DNA of 64,000 nucleotides from an uncultured Acidobacteriota bacterium (GCA_963813155.1 CAWEYG010000002.1:32001-96000), one strand, 5' to 3'. Positions 1 to 10,073 are shown, counted from the stretch's first letter. The notes: generated from the letters alone by a model not told the origin. Translations and numbers: made by a program.

Positions 1-320
1 ACGTCTTCGACGAGCGGGCGCGAGCAGGTCATCGCCGTGCGGACGACGACATCTTTGCCCGCCTCTCGCAGGAGGCCCTCGACGCCTCGCGATTGTTCGT
101 CCGTCAGACGGCGGATCGGAGAACCGCCGCCGATCTTCTCGTACATCTTCTTCGACGTTCCGCTGCGCGTCACGGCAATCGCCGCCGCGATGGACTTTCG
201 CAGCACGTTCGACTTCACGCGAATCACTTCCGGGTCCGCGAACAGGCGGTACAGGAACCCGCGGACGTCCGAGAGCTTCTCCGGACCGCCGAGCTGGAGG
301 AAGAGGATCGCCCGCTTCAC
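1..320 (-). CDS. hemH: Ferrochelatase, N-terminal part (truncated by window edge)
   Basis: Manual translation MKRAILFLQLGGPEKLSDVRGFLYRLFADP...YEKIGGGSPI matches ferrochelatase N-terminal motifs; GTG start overlaps the hemN stop; not in ORF track. Confidence 0.9.
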   Translation of the reverse strand, partial: MKRAILFLQLGGPEKLSDVRGFLYRLFADPEVIRVKSNVLRKSIAAAIAVTRSGTSKKMYEKIGGGSPIRRLTDEQSRGVEGLLREAGKDVVVRTAMTCSRPLVED

Positions 321-1702
321 AGCGTGCGCGAGAACATCGGCTTTTCCGCCTTTTCGCCCGGAGAGACCAGGTGGGCGTCGAACGGCATCGCGAGGTTGCG
401 CAGGAACACGCGCCCGAGCGCCGTCGCGCGAATCTCGCCCGTCGAAAGCTCGACGAGCCCGTCTTCGCGGCACCCGGCGAGCCGTTCGATCGCGCCGGCG
501 AACGTCTCGTCGAATCGAATGCCGAACTCGTCCTCGATCTCTTTCTTGACGATGACCCCATGGCAGAGGAGGTTCTGGATCACGCGGCGCCGCAGCTCGT
601 CGTCCGCCGTCAGCCGGTAGCCCCGCATCGTCGCCGGGCCGCCCTCCGAAAGCGCCTTTGCATAGGCATGGAGATCGCGGTGGTTCTGCACGTACGCGGG
701 CCCGATGCCGCCGATCGAGCTCATCCCGAGCCCGAAAAGGTCCGTCCCGGCCTTCGTCGTGTACCCCTGGAAGTTCCGCCAGAGGGTCCGATTGGCCCGG
801 GCCCGCGCCAGCTCGTCCTCCGGCCGCGCGAAGTGGTCCATGCCGATGTACTCGTAGCCAGCGCCGGCAAACTGCTCGAGCGCCGTCTTGAAGATCTCGA
901 ATTTTTGCCGTTCGCCGGGAAGATGGGGCTCGAGAACCCGCTGGTGCTTCTTCATCCAGGGAACGTTCGCGTACGAATAGACCGCGAGCCGGTCGGGGCC
1001 GATCGAGAGGATCTGGTCGATCGTGACGCGAAACGAGCCGGGCGTCTGGTGCGGAAGCCCGAAGATCAGGTCCATGTTGATGCTGTCGAACCCGAGATCG
1101 CGCGCGGCGAGCGTCAGGTCGCGCGTGGCCTCGAACGGCTGAACCCGGTTGATCGCCTCCTGAACGCGCGGGTCGAAATCCTGGACCCCCATGGAGAGAC
1201 GGTTGAATCCGACTTTCCGGAGCACCCTCAGGTGGTCCAGCGTCGTCACGCGCGGGTCGACCTCGACCCCGATCTCGGCGTCCGGCGCGAGGCGGAACCG
1301 CTCCCGCAGCCTCGCCGCGAGCACTTCGAGCCGCTCGGGCGCGAAGTATGTCGGCGTGCCTCCGCCCAGGTGCAGCTGGACGACGTTTCGCTCCGGAGAA
1401 ATTCGCGACGACAACCAGTCGATCTCCGAAAGCAGGACCGACAGGTACGAATCCTCCTGTTGATGGTTCTTCCCCGTGATCATCACGGTGCAGCCGCAGA
1501 AGTAGCAGAGCCGCTCGCAGAAAGGAAGGTGAAGGTAGAGCGAGAGCGGCGCGGGATTCTTCGACCGGTTCGATTCGTCGATCACGCTCTCGTAGTCTCG
1601 CCCGCCGAAGCTCTCGCGGAAGGCCGGCGCGGGAGGGTACGACGTGTACCGGGGCCCGGGAACGTTGTACTTGTGGAGCAGCTCGTACGAGACGTCGCTC
1701 AT
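317..1702 (-). CDS. hemN: Oxygen-independent coproporphyrinogen III oxidase (radical SAM)
   Basis: MSDVSYELLHKYNVPGPRYTSYP start, CERLCYFC CxxxCxxC motif, GGGTPT, RNFQGY; ATG overlaps the hemE stop. Confidence 0.95.
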   Translation of the reverse strand: MSDVSYELLHKYNVPGPRYTSYPPAPAFRESFGGRDYESVIDESNRSKNPAPLSLYLHLPFCERLCYFCGCTVMITGKNHQQEDSYLSVLLSEIDWLSSRISPERNVVQLHLGGGTPTYFAPERLEVLAARLRERFRLAPDAEIGVEVDPRVTTLDHLRVLRKVGFNRLSMGVQDFDPRVQEAINRVQPFEATRDLTLAARDLGFDSINMDLIFGLPHQTPGSFRVTIDQILSIGPDRLAVYSYANVPWMKKHQRVLEPHLPGERQKFEIFKTALEQFAGAGYEYIGMDHFARPEDELARARANRTLWRNFQGYTTKAGTDLFGLGMSSIGGIGPAYVQNHRDLHAYAKALSEGGPATMRGYRLTADDELRRRVIQNLLCHGVIVKKEIEDEFGIRFDETFAGAIERLAGCREDGLVELSTGEIRATALGRVFLRNLAMPFDAHLVSPGEKAEKPMFSRTL

Positions 1703-2745
1703 GCGTCCGGCCTTCGAAAAGCCCGGACCGCCTCGTAGAACGCCTCGACGCTCTCGACGGGCGTCTCCGGCAGAATCCCGTGACCGAGGTTCAGAATGTG
1801 GCCCTCTCCCCCGGTCTCGGCGAGGATTTCCGCGACGCGGGCCCCCACGCTCTCGGGAGTTCCGAGCAGCAGGGCGGGATCGAGATTGCCCTGCAGCGGC
1901 CGCCCCGGCACGCGGCGGCGCACCTCGTCGAGACGGCAGCGCCAGTCGATCGACAGGACGTCCGCGCCCGTCTGCGCGGCCAGGTCGAGGATTCCCGACA
2001 CTCCGTTGACGAAGTAGATCACCGGCTTTCCCCGGCGGCGGATCCGCGCGATCGCGTCGCGGGCATACGGAAGGGCGAATTCCCGATACTCGGAGGGAGA
2101 GAGCTCCCCCGCCCAGGTGTCGAAGAGCTGCACGGCGTCGGCTCCCGCTTCGATCTGGGCCTCCAGGTATTCCTCCACCATTCGCGAAAGCTTCGTCAGC
2201 AGCGCCCGGAGCGCATGGGGATCGCGCGAGATCATCGCCTTGATCGCCGTGAAGTTCTTCGAGCCCCCTCCCTCGACCAGGTACGAGGCGAGCGTCCACG
2301 GGGCGCCCGCGAATCCGAGAAGGGCCGCGGAGTCTCCCACCGATCGCCGCAGCGAAGAGAGGATGTCGAGGACGAATCGCGTCTCCCGCGAGGGGTCGAA
2401 TTCGTGAAGCATCCCGACGTCCTTCGCCGAGCGCACGGGGCGTCCCAGCTTCGGGCCGGAATCTCCGATCTCGACCGGAGCGCCCATCGCCCGCACGGGC
2501 ACGAGGATGTCCGAAAAGAGGATCACGGCGTCGGGCCGAAAGCGCTCGAACGGCTGCAGCGAGACCTCGACGGCCGCGTCCACGTTCTCGCAGAGGCCGA
2601 AAAACGAGAATTTCTCGCGGATCTTTCGATATTCGGGGAGATAACGCCCCGCCTGCCGCATCATCCACGCGGGCGGGCGGTCGGTTTTCCGGCAGGCCGC
2701 GGCGTCCAGAAACCTCTGGCGCGACGGGCGATCGGGCGTCGTCAT
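1699..2745 (-). CDS. hemE: Uroporphyrinogen decarboxylase
   Basis: PAWMMRQAGRYLPEY, GFAGAPWT, QGNLDP and NLGHGI signatures. Confidence 0.95.
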   Translation of the reverse strand: MTTPDRPSRQRFLDAAACRKTDRPPAWMMRQAGRYLPEYRKIREKFSFFGLCENVDAAVEVSLQPFERFRPDAVILFSDILVPVRAMGAPVEIGDSGPKLGRPVRSAKDVGMLHEFDPSRETRFVLDILSSLRRSVGDSAALLGFAGAPWTLASYLVEGGGSKNFTAIKAMISRDPHALRALLTKLSRMVEEYLEAQIEAGADAVQLFDTWAGELSPSEYREFALPYARDAIARIRRRGKPVIYFVNGVSGILDLAAQTGADVLSIDWRCRLDEVRRRVPGRPLQGNLDPALLLGTPESVGARVAEILAETGGEGHILNLGHGILPETPVESVEAFYEAVRAFRRPDA

Positions 2746-2785
2746 CGCGCCCATTCTATGGGAGAGAACCTACAATACGGGCCGG

Positions 2786-3595
2786 ATGAACATCAGCCCG
2801 GTCGGCCTTCTGGCCCTGCTCGTTTACGTCGGCGCCGAGGCGCTCGCGATCGCCCACCTGCGAAAGAGCTCCCCGGCGTACGGGCGGGCCACGACCGCTC
2901 TGCTCGGGGCGGGAATGCTGCTGCACTTCGTCGCGCTCCAGATCCGTGCCCGCCACCTGCACTCGGTGCCGTATCGCGACCTGCCCGATTCGATGTCCCT
3001 GTTCGCCTGGATGCTGGCGGCCACGTACGGCATCCTCCTGATCCGCCACCGCGAGCGATCGACCGCGCCGTTCCTGCTGCCGCTCGTGATCCTGTTCCTC
3101 GCGGTCTCGTTTCTCACGCCGACGAGGCTCCGCCCGGCGAACCCGAAGCTCGCGGGCTCCCTCTTCGCGTTCCACGTGACGCTCGCGATCCTCGGCTACG
3201 CGGCCCTCTCGCTGTCCTTCGTCCTCGCCCTGCTCTACCTCGTGCAGACGCGGCAGCTCCGGCGCCGCAAAACGGGACTGCTCTTCTCGCGCCTTCCGGC
3301 GCTCGACGTGCTCGACGGGCTCCAGCGCACGACAATCGGAATCGGCGTCATCGCCCTGTCGGTCGCCTCGGTGCTCGGGGGCCTCTGGGCCCGGGAGGCG
3401 TGGGGCAGCGTGTGGGACGCGAAAGTCGTCTGGACCGTCCTGACGATTCTCGTGTACGCCGTCGTGCTGCTGGCCGGACCGCTCGGCCTGCGCGGGAAAA
3501 AGACCGCGTTCCTCTCGATTACCGGATTTTGCCTGATCCTCTTCTCCTACACGATCGTGAATCTCGTCTTCAGCCAGGAGCACGTGTTCCGGTGA
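2786..3595 (+). CDS. Cytochrome c assembly (CcsA/HemX-like) membrane protein
   Basis: About 8 hydrophobic helices, WAREAWGSVWDAK WWD-like motif, conserved His; directly upstream of hemA. Confidence 0.85.
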   Translation: MNISPVGLLALLVYVGAEALAIAHLRKSSPAYGRATTALLGAGMLLHFVALQIRARHLHSVPYRDLPDSMSLFAWMLAATYGILLIRHRERSTAPFLLPLVILFLAVSFLTPTRLRPANPKLAGSLFAFHVTLAILGYAALSLSFVLALLYLVQTRQLRRRKTGLLFSRLPALDVLDGLQRTTIGIGVIALSVASVLGGLWAREAWGSVWDAKVVWTVLTILVYAVVLLAGPLGLRGKKTAFLSITGFCLILFSYTIVNLVFSQEHVFR

Positions 3596-3602
3596 GGGCG
3601 CA

Positions 3603-4898
3603 ATGAGCCCGAGCTTCGACTCGTCCCTCGTCCTGATCGGGTGGGACTACCGCAACACTCCCGTGGCGCTGCGCGAGAGGCTCGCGTTTTCGCCCGACAA
3701 AGTCCGGGAAGCCCTCGGCCGCATCACCCGCGAGGGCGTGCTCGCCGAGGGCGTGATCGTCTCGACCTGCAACCGAAGCGAGATCTACGGAGTGGCGGGA
3801 GCGGCCGGAGACTCGGCGACCGACGCGCTGACCGATTTCGTGGCCGGCTTCCACGCTCTTCCCCGTCCCGAAATCGCCGGCGTGCGGTACGGGCTCTCCG
3901 GCGCCGACGCGGCGCGGCACCTCTTCCGCGTCGCGGCCGGGCTGGAATCGATGGTCGTCGGGGAGGACCAGATCCTCGGCCAGGTAAAAGAGGCGCTCCG
4001 ACTTGCGACGAGCGCCGGCTCGACGCGAGCGGTTCTTCACCGGCTGTTCGAGCGGGCGTTCGCGGCGGGCAAGCGCGTTCGCACGGAGACCGGCGTGGGC
4101 TCCCGGCCGACGTCGATTCCCGGCGTCGCGCTGGAGCTCGCCCGGAAGGTGTACGAGGACATCGACCGGAAAAAGTTCCTGATCGTCGGCGCGGGCGAGA
4201 CCGCCTCGATCTTCTACGACCTGCTCTGGAGCCGCGGCGCTCGGAAAATCGAGGTCGTGAACCGCACGCACGCGCGCGCGGAGCAGGTCGTCGCGCGGGG
4301 CGGAACGGCGCGGCGTTGGGACGAGCTTCGCAAGCGGCTGCCGCACGCCGACGTCGTCGTCTGCGCGGTTTCGAGCCCGGAGCCGGTCCTCTCGGCGAAA
4401 GACGTTGCGCTCGCGGTGTCGTCGCGGCGGGGATCTCCCGTGCTGTTCCTCGATCTCGGAATTCCCCGAAACATCGAGCCGGAGGCTCGGGCTGTCGCCG
4501 ACGCGTTCCTGTACGGCGTCGACGACCTGCAGGAGATCGCGAAGCGAAACCGCTCCGAGCGCGAGAGGGACATCCCGCGCGCCGAAAAGATCGTCGAAGA
4601 GGAAGTCTCCGATTTTCTCGCCTGGTACGGGTCGCTCGCCGTCGTTCCGACCGTCACTGCGCTGCGCGCCGAGTTCGAAAGGATCCGCAAAGAATCGTTC
4701 GACCGGGAGCTCGAGCGGCTGGAAGCCATTCCTCCCGACCAGAGGGAGAAAGTGCGGCTCCTCGCGCAGTCGATGGTTCGAAAGCTCCTGAGCCATCCGA
4801 CCTCCGCCCTGAAGGACGAAGAGGACCCCGCGCTGCGGATCGCGCGCGCGGAGGCGATCCGTCACCTCTTCCGTCTCGACGAAGAGCCTTCGGAATGA
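3603..4898 (+). CDS. hemA: Glutamyl-tRNA reductase
   Basis: STCNRSEIY, GLESMVVGEDQILGQ, GAGE, DLGIPRNI motifs. Confidence 0.95.
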   Translation: MSPSFDSSLVLIGWDYRNTPVALRERLAFSPDKVREALGRITREGVLAEGVIVSTCNRSEIYGVAGAAGDSATDALTDFVAGFHALPRPEIAGVRYGLSGADAARHLFRVAAGLESMVVGEDQILGQVKEALRLATSAGSTRAVLHRLFERAFAAGKRVRTETGVGSRPTSIPGVALELARKVYEDIDRKKFLIVGAGETASIFYDLLWSRGARKIEVVNRTHARAEQVVARGGTARRWDELRKRLPHADVVVCAVSSPEPVLSAKDVALAVSSRRGSPVLFLDLGIPRNIEPEARAVADAFLYGVDDLQEIAKRNRSERERDIPRAEKIVEEEVSDFLAWYGSLAVVPTVTALRAEFERIRKESFDRELERLEAIPPDQREKVRLLAQSMVRKLLSHPTSALKDEEDPALRIARAEAIRHLFRLDEEPSE

Positions 4899-4908
4899 AG
4901 CCCGGCAA

Positions 4909-5820
4909 GTGAAGCTTTCCCTCGGAACGCGAGGCTCCGCGCTTGCGAAGGCGCAGGCCGGCCTGATCGCGGACTGGATTCGCCGACAGGGTCACGACGT
5001 CGAGGTCAACGAGTTCAAGACCACGGGCGATTGGATCTCCGAGCTCCAGCAGCCGATCGAAGGGAAAGGGATCTTCACGAAGGAGCTGGACGAGGCCCTG
5101 ATCGACCGCCGCATCGACGTCGCCGTGCACAGCCTGAAAGACCTTCCCTCCGAGATCGCGCCCGGGCTCCGGCTCGCGGCCGTGCCCGTCCGAGAGGACC
5201 CCCGCGACGTCCTGATCTCGAAAAACGGCCTCCACCTGCGCGCGCTGCCGAGCGGCGCACGAATCGGAACCGGAAGCCCGCGCCGCGCCGGCCAGCTCTG
5301 CGCCGCGCGACCCGACATCGTGTGCGCCGAGGCGCGCGGAAACGTCGACACGCGGATCCGGAAGCTGCGCGAAGGCCAGTGGGACGCGATCGTGCTTGCA
5401 CGCGCCGGCCTCGTTCGGCTCGGGCGGCTCGACGAGGCAACCGAAACCCTCGAATTCGCGGACATGATCCCGGCTGTCGGGCAGGGCGCGCTCGCAATCC
5501 TGACGCGCGACGACGAGACCGCGGACGTCTTTGGCCCGCTCGACGACCCCGACTCGCGCGCCGCGATCCTCTGCGAGCGAAGGGTCCTGCGCGACCTCCA
5601 GGGGGGATGCCGCGCGCCGATCGCCGCCCATGCATGGAAAGAAAATGGAACGATGCGCGTGTTGGCCGCGGTCTTCTCCGTTGACGGCAAGGATTTTCTG
5701 CGCGAGGAACGAACCGGACCGGACGCGGAAGGGCTCGGGAAGGAAGTCGCTGAGGCTCTTCTCGCTCGCGGCGCCGCCGCGATCGTCGCGGCGGCGAGAG
5801 AGACCGGTGGCGGCGAATGA
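4909..5820 (+). CDS. hemC: Hydroxymethylbilane synthase (porphobilinogen deaminase)
   Basis: GTRGSALA, GKGIFTKEL, VHSLKD, RGNVDTR, LQGGCRAP. Confidence 0.95.
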   Translation: MKLSLGTRGSALAKAQAGLIADWIRRQGHDVEVNEFKTTGDWISELQQPIEGKGIFTKELDEALIDRRIDVAVHSLKDLPSEIAPGLRLAAVPVREDPRDVLISKNGLHLRALPSGARIGTGSPRRAGQLCAARPDIVCAEARGNVDTRIRKLREGQWDAIVLARAGLVRLGRLDEATETLEFADMIPAVGQGALAILTRDDETADVFGPLDDPDSRAAILCERRVLRDLQGGCRAPIAAHAWKENGTMRVLAAVFSVDGKDFLREERTGPDAEGLGKEVAEALLARGAAAIVAAARETGGGE

Positions 5821-5874
5821 CTAGCTGCGCATCCACCTGCCCCACCACCCCATCCAAACCGGGCAGCAAGCCCC

Positions 5875-6138
5875 TTACCGAGAAGGCGCCTTTCGAATGG
5901 CAGGGACTTCTTCCCGAATCACTTTGCGGAGAGTGTCCTCGAGCCGGCCGCCCCGGATGTGATCCCTCAAGGCGAGATTGATGAGGGTCTGATAGTTTCC
6001 GCCACCGGCCGCGTGGACCTGACGGCGAAACCAGGCCAGGATCTCGTCGTCGAGCCGAATCGTAATTCGAGTCTTCCCCGGACCGGTCCGAATGACCGGG
6101 CCCCGCTTTCCCTTTTGAAAATCGTATTCTGCTTTCAT
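5875..6138 (-). CDS. BrnA-family antitoxin
   Basis: EYDF...KTRITIRLDDEILAWFR...GNYQTLIN pattern; overlaps the brnT stop. Confidence 0.85.
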   Translation of the reverse strand: MKAEYDFQKGKRGPVIRTGPGKTRITIRLDDEILAWFRRQVHAAGGGNYQTLINLALRDHIRGGRLEDTLRKVIREEVPAIRKAPSR

Positions 6139-6404
6139 CGCGTTCTCTCATACTCCTTTCGTTCACCACGGGTCGCTTTCCGAGCCGAAATGATTCGAAT
6201 GTCGTCTTCGCGCCATGCGTAGACGACGACGAGAATTCTGCCTAGAGCATCAGTCCCCAACGTCACGAACCGCTCTTCTTCCGAGGACTCATCGGCAAGG
6301 GTGATCGCAAGTTCATCGAATAAGACGGAAGTCGCGTCGGCAAAATCGACGCGATGCTTGCGAAGATTCGAAGCAGCCTTGACCGCATCCCACTCGAAGC
6401 CCAC
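6135..6404 (-). CDS. BrnT-family ribonuclease toxin
   Basis: FEWDAVKAASNLRKHRVDF...EERFVTLG...RIISARKAT; GTG start chosen because it lies 7 nt after a -10 box. Confidence 0.88.
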   Translation of the reverse strand: MGFEWDAVKAASNLRKHRVDFADATSVLFDELAITLADESSEEERFVTLGTDALGRILVVVYAWREDDIRIISARKATRGERKEYERTR

Positions 6405-6411
6405 GCTTTCG

Positions 6412-6441
6412 AGTATATGCACATTTGTGCACCGTCGTCAA
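6412..6441 (-). promoter_or_regulatory. Sigma70-type promoter of brnTA with palindromic operator
   Basis: Minus strand TTGACG-18 nt-TATACT; perfect palindrome TGCACA-TT-TGTGCA (6418-6431) lies in the spacer. Confidence 0.7.
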
Positions 6442-6473
6442 ATCTTACGCTCGGTTCCGAGCGCGCGCTCGAG

Positions 6474-8228
6474 CTAGGGCGAAGCCGGGCTCGCCTTCTT
6501 CTCCGCCGCGATCCACTCGTCGATCTTCACTTCCAGCACGTCCATCGGCAGGGCGCCGCTCCCGAGGACGGCTTCGTGGAACTTCCGGATGTCGAATTTC
6601 TCGCCGAGCGCGGCGTGCGCCTTTTCCCGCAGCTCGAAGAATTTCCGCGCGCCCATCTTGTACGCGAGCGCCTGCCCCGGGATGTCGCACGAGTAGCGCA
6701 GCGTCTCGGTCGAGATCTGGAGATCGGTCTCGAACGTGTTCTCGCGCATGTACGCGATCGCGCGATCGCGCGTCCAGCCGAGCAGGTTCATACCCGTGTC
6801 CACGACGAGCCGGTTGCAGATGAACGCCTCCATCGCGAGCCGCCCGGCGCGGTCGTACGGATCGTCGTAGAGACCCATTTCGCCGGCGATCGCGGAGGAA
6901 TACTCGCCCCAGCCCTCGACGTACGCCGTCACGTCGGTCAGGTGGCGGCGCCACTCGGGAAGCTCCGTGTTCTCCTGCTGGAGATTGAGCTGGAAGTGGT
7001 GGCCGGGAATGAGCTCGTGGGCGATCAGCGCCGGCGCGTTCAGGAGCGAGCGCTCGGAAAGCCGCGAGGCGTTGAACATGTAGTCGCCCTCGGGCGACTG
7101 CGGCGTGGGCATCTGGTAGTAGCCGAACGTCATCGCCCCTTCCAGCGCCGGGTCCAGCCGCTTCACGCCGTACGGAGCCTTCGGCATTCGCGAGAAATAC
7201 GCGGGAATCTTCGGCTCGAGCTTGCGCACCGCCGCCATCAGGCGCTGCCCGATCTCCTCCGGAGTCTTCGGGAAGAACCGCGGGTCGGTCTTCAGGAAAT
7301 GGCGGAAGTCCGCGAGCGTTCCGGCGAAACCGACCTTCTTTCGAACCTCGTCGAGGTCCCGGTTGATGCGCTCCATCTCCGAAAGCCCGATGCGGTGGAT
7401 CTCCTCCGGGGCGAGCGAGCTCCCCGTGTGGTATCGGACGAGAAACCGGTAGCAGTCGGCGCCGCCCGGGTACTGCGACAGGCCCACGCCCGCGGGAGCC
7501 TGCCGCCGGTAGTCGGAGACCAGGTAGGTCATCAGACGAGCGAAGGCCGGCGCGATCTTCAGATCGATCTTCGCCGCCACGTCCTTCCGGAACTTGTCGG
7601 CTTTCAGGCCGCGCGCGGAGAGTCGCGAGGCGGCGACCTGGAACGGGCTCTCGCTGGAGGAATGGGTGAGCGGATCGATGGACGGGACGACGAGGTCGAT
7701 TTCGTCGCGCGCGAGGACGATCCCGCGGGCGGCCGAGCCGTGGAGCTTGGCTTCGACCGTCGCCTCCTGGCGGACGAGGTCGTCGAGCAGCTTGAGATAC
7801 CGCGTCTCGTCCTCGACGCTCGAGAACCGGTAGGCGCCGAGGATGCGCCGGACCCCCGAGAAAGGGCTCGAGTACGGCGTCACCGGAAGGAAGAACGAGG
7901 AATACCGCGCCGTGTCCTGCCACGTCGTGAGCTCCCGTCGCAGCACGAGGAGCGAGATCCGCTCCTCCAGCGGCAGCGACTCCGGCGAGATCGGCGCGAG
8001 CCGGGCGAGCATCGTCGTCGCCTTCGCCGCCAGGGCGTTCGCGTGGGTGTCGGAGAGGTCCGGCAGGGCCTCGATCGGAAGTCCGAGCTCCTCGCGCAGC
8101 GCGATGTCGTCGGCCAGCGCAAGGTCCCAGTACTGCTTCGCGACCTCGGTGACGACGGGATTTTCGGCCATCGCCGGCGTCGAAAGAGCGAAGAGGGCGG
8201 CCGCCACGCAGAACAGTTTCATTTTCAC
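6474..8228 (-). CDS. DUF885 family secreted putative metallopeptidase
   Basis: Signal peptide; HELIPGHH and EGWGEY motifs, RLVVDTG, PGQALAYKMG. Confidence 0.9.
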   Translation of the reverse strand: MKMKLFCVAAALFALSTPAMAENPVVTEVAKQYWDLALADDIALREELGLPIEALPDLSDTHANALAAKATTMLARLAPISPESLPLEERISLLVLRRELTTWQDTARYSSFFLPVTPYSSPFSGVRRILGAYRFSSVEDETRYLKLLDDLVRQEATVEAKLHGSAARGIVLARDEIDLVVPSIDPLTHSSSESPFQVAASRLSARGLKADKFRKDVAAKIDLKIAPAFARLMTYLVSDYRRQAPAGVGLSQYPGGADCYRFLVRYHTGSSLAPEEIHRIGLSEMERINRDLDEVRKKVGFAGTLADFRHFLKTDPRFFPKTPEEIGQRLMAAVRKLEPKIPAYFSRMPKAPYGVKRLDPALEGAMTFGYYQMPTPQSPEGDYMFNASRLSERSLLNAPALIAHELIPGHHFQLNLQQENTELPEWRRHLTDVTAYVEGWGEYSSAIAGEMGLYDDPYDRAGRLAMEAFICNRLVVDTGMNLLGWTRDRAIAYMRENTFETDLQISTETLRYSCDIPGQALAYKMGARKFFELREKAHAALGEKFDIRKFHEAVLGSGALPMDVLEVKIDEWIAAEKKASPASP

Positions 8229-8605
8229 AGCGAATACTCCAACACGTAAGAGTGTTTTCCGCCTTCGATCTGAATGTCCATCTTGCCCGCGATCCCGGAG
8301 AGCTCTCCCGTGCCGGAATCGGGCACGACCGTAATCGTCAGTTGCTGCGTGCCGCGCGTCATCGTGCCGCTGTGCTGCAAGACGAGGCTCCCCGACTTGC
8401 CATCGAGCTTCCCCGTGAATTTCTCGATCGCGACGTAGCCAGCCGAGCCGGATGCGACGTTGCCGGCCGTCAGCATCTCGCCCCGGCTCGTTCCCTCCAG
8501 GCCGCCCTGGTAGTGCTTGTCGAGGGACAGGCTCGAGGGAGTTTCCTGGCCAGTTCCCTGCGGCGTCAACTTGACCTCGAAGGTACCCGTGGCGCGATGA
8601 TTCAT
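8225..8605 (-). CDS. DUF3224 family protein
   Basis: ATGTFEVK...GSAGYVAIEKFTGKLDGKSGSLVLQH...VVPDSGTGEL. Confidence 0.85.
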   Translation of the reverse strand: MNHRATGTFEVKLTPQGTGQETPSSLSLDKHYQGGLEGTSRGEMLTAGNVASGSAGYVAIEKFTGKLDGKSGSLVLQHSGTMTRGTQQLTITVVPDSGTGELSGIAGKMDIQIEGGKHSYVLEYSL

Positions 8606-8670
8606 TTTCACTTCCTTTGTTATTGGAAGGATCGTAGCACCGACCGAGGCGGGGGTGGACCGGCTCGCCC

Positions 8671-9465
8671 TTACTTCACCTGCGCCGGCAACGCCTGGAT
8701 CTGCGGCACCAGAATGTCGCGGACGTAGTGCCAGTCGGGGACCGCGGCCAGGGCCCCGTCCGCATAGGCCCGAGCGACATCCCGGTTCTGGATCGCGCTG
8801 TGCGAATAGACGTACGCGAGTGTCATGAGGAGCTCGGGCGCTCCCCAGGCCGGGACCCAGTCCGCAGGCTTCTCCTTCCGCAACGACTCCGCGCGCGCAG
8901 CCTCGAGGCCTCGCCGGTAGGTGGCCGACGCCCCGACCGGATCGCTCCCTTTGGGCGACCACAGCTGGGTTCCTCCGACGAGCCACAGGGCGCGCGGATT
9001 CTCCGGTCCCCGCTCTTTCAGCTCCTTCATCAAGGGAATCATCTCTGCAAGGATCGTGGATTTCTGCTTCGCGTCGATGTCGAGGTACATCAATGCGGCC
9101 GAACAGCCGAACAGGCCGACTTTGGCCTCGATCCAGTCAGGCTTGTTTTCGAGCGACGCGCGGAAGCTCGCGACTCCGCTCTTCAAGTCGTCGCCCGCGT
9201 CGTTCGGAGTCGGGGTCTCGTTCATGCCGTTGAGCGCCCGGCGCCAGAACGCGAAACCTCGCCAGTACTCCCGGTAGCCGGCGAGCTTCGGATCCTTCAC
9301 GTCGTCCAGCGCCGGGGCGAGCCGCCGCAGCTCTTCCCGATCTCCGCGGTAGTCCGCGGCGCGGATCGAGCCCGCGAGCATCGAAAGCCGGGACTCGTCC
9401 TTCGATTGCGGAAAAGCGGGGGATGCCAGGGTCAGGGCCGCGAGCGTCAGCAATACCAGCTTCAT
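8671..9465 (-). CDS. Secreted hypothetical protein, helical/TPR-like
   Basis: MKLVLLTLAALTLASPAF signal peptide after GGAGG RBS; forms the C-terminal part of the false 844-aa ORF. Confidence 0.7.
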   Translation of the reverse strand: MKLVLLTLAALTLASPAFPQSKDESRLSMLAGSIRAADYRGDREELRRLAPALDDVKDPKLAGYREYWRGFAFWRRALNGMNETPTPNDAGDDLKSGVASFRASLENKPDWIEAKVGLFGCSAALMYLDIDAKQKSTILAEMIPLMKELKERGPENPRALWLVGGTQLWSPKGSDPVGASATYRRGLEAARAESLRKEKPADWVPAWGAPELLMTLAYVYSHSAIQNRDVARAYADGALAAVPDWHYVRDILVPQIQALPAQVK

Positions 9466-9479
9466 CGTCCGACCTCCTC

Positions 9480-10073
9480 CTACTCCAGCGCCGATCTGTA
9501 GATCGAATTCTTCGGCTGCGCGAAGACGTTCCGGAGCATCGGCTCGAAGAACGCGAGCGGAAGCGTCTCTCCCTTCGGGTCGAACGCGGGGCCGTCGTAG
9601 CGCGCGCAGAACTCCTCCGTCTGCCCGTACCAGGGGGAGCCCTTCAGCGCGTCGCGCATGTCGCGATTCATGCCGATGTGGTGGAAGAAGTAGTAACCCT
9701 GGAAGATCCCGTGCTTCTCGACCATCCAGTGGTTCGCTTCGGAGACGAACGGCTTCAGGATCGCGGCCGCGATGTCCGGGTGGTTGTACGTCCCGAGCGT
9801 GTCGCCGATGTCGTGCAGAAGCGCGCACACCGTGTACTCCTCGTCGCGCCCGTCCCGATGAGCGCGTGTCGCCGTCTGCAGCGAGTGCGTCAGCCGGTCG
9901 ACGGGAAATCCCCCGAAATCGCCGTCGAGCAGGCGCAGGTGGGACAGCACGCGGTCCGGAAGCGCCTTCGCGAACGGCGCGAAGTGCGACACGATGATCT
10001 TCCAGTCGTCCTGGCTGCTCGCCTCCATCGTCGTGAAGGCGGCTCGAACGGCGGAATCGGCTTCGGTCTTCAT
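9480..10073 (-). CDS. HD-domain metal-dependent phosphohydrolase
   Basis: HSLQTA...LLHDIG...NH motifs; GGAGG RBS. Confidence 0.85.
   Translation of the reverse strand: MKTEADSAVRAAFTTMEASSQDDWKIIVSHFAPFAKALPDRVLSHLRLLDGDFGGFPVDRLTHSLQTATRAHRDGRDEEYTVCALLHDIGDTLGTYNHPDIAAAILKPFVSEANHWMVEKHGIFQGYYFFHHIGMNRDMRDALKGSPWYGQTEEFCARYDGPAFDPKGETLPLAFFEPMLRNVFAQPKNSIYRSALE

Noticed and set aside
5817-5875. ATG overlapping the hemC stop as the start of hemD
   Set aside because: The translation has no HemD similarity and runs antisense into brnA
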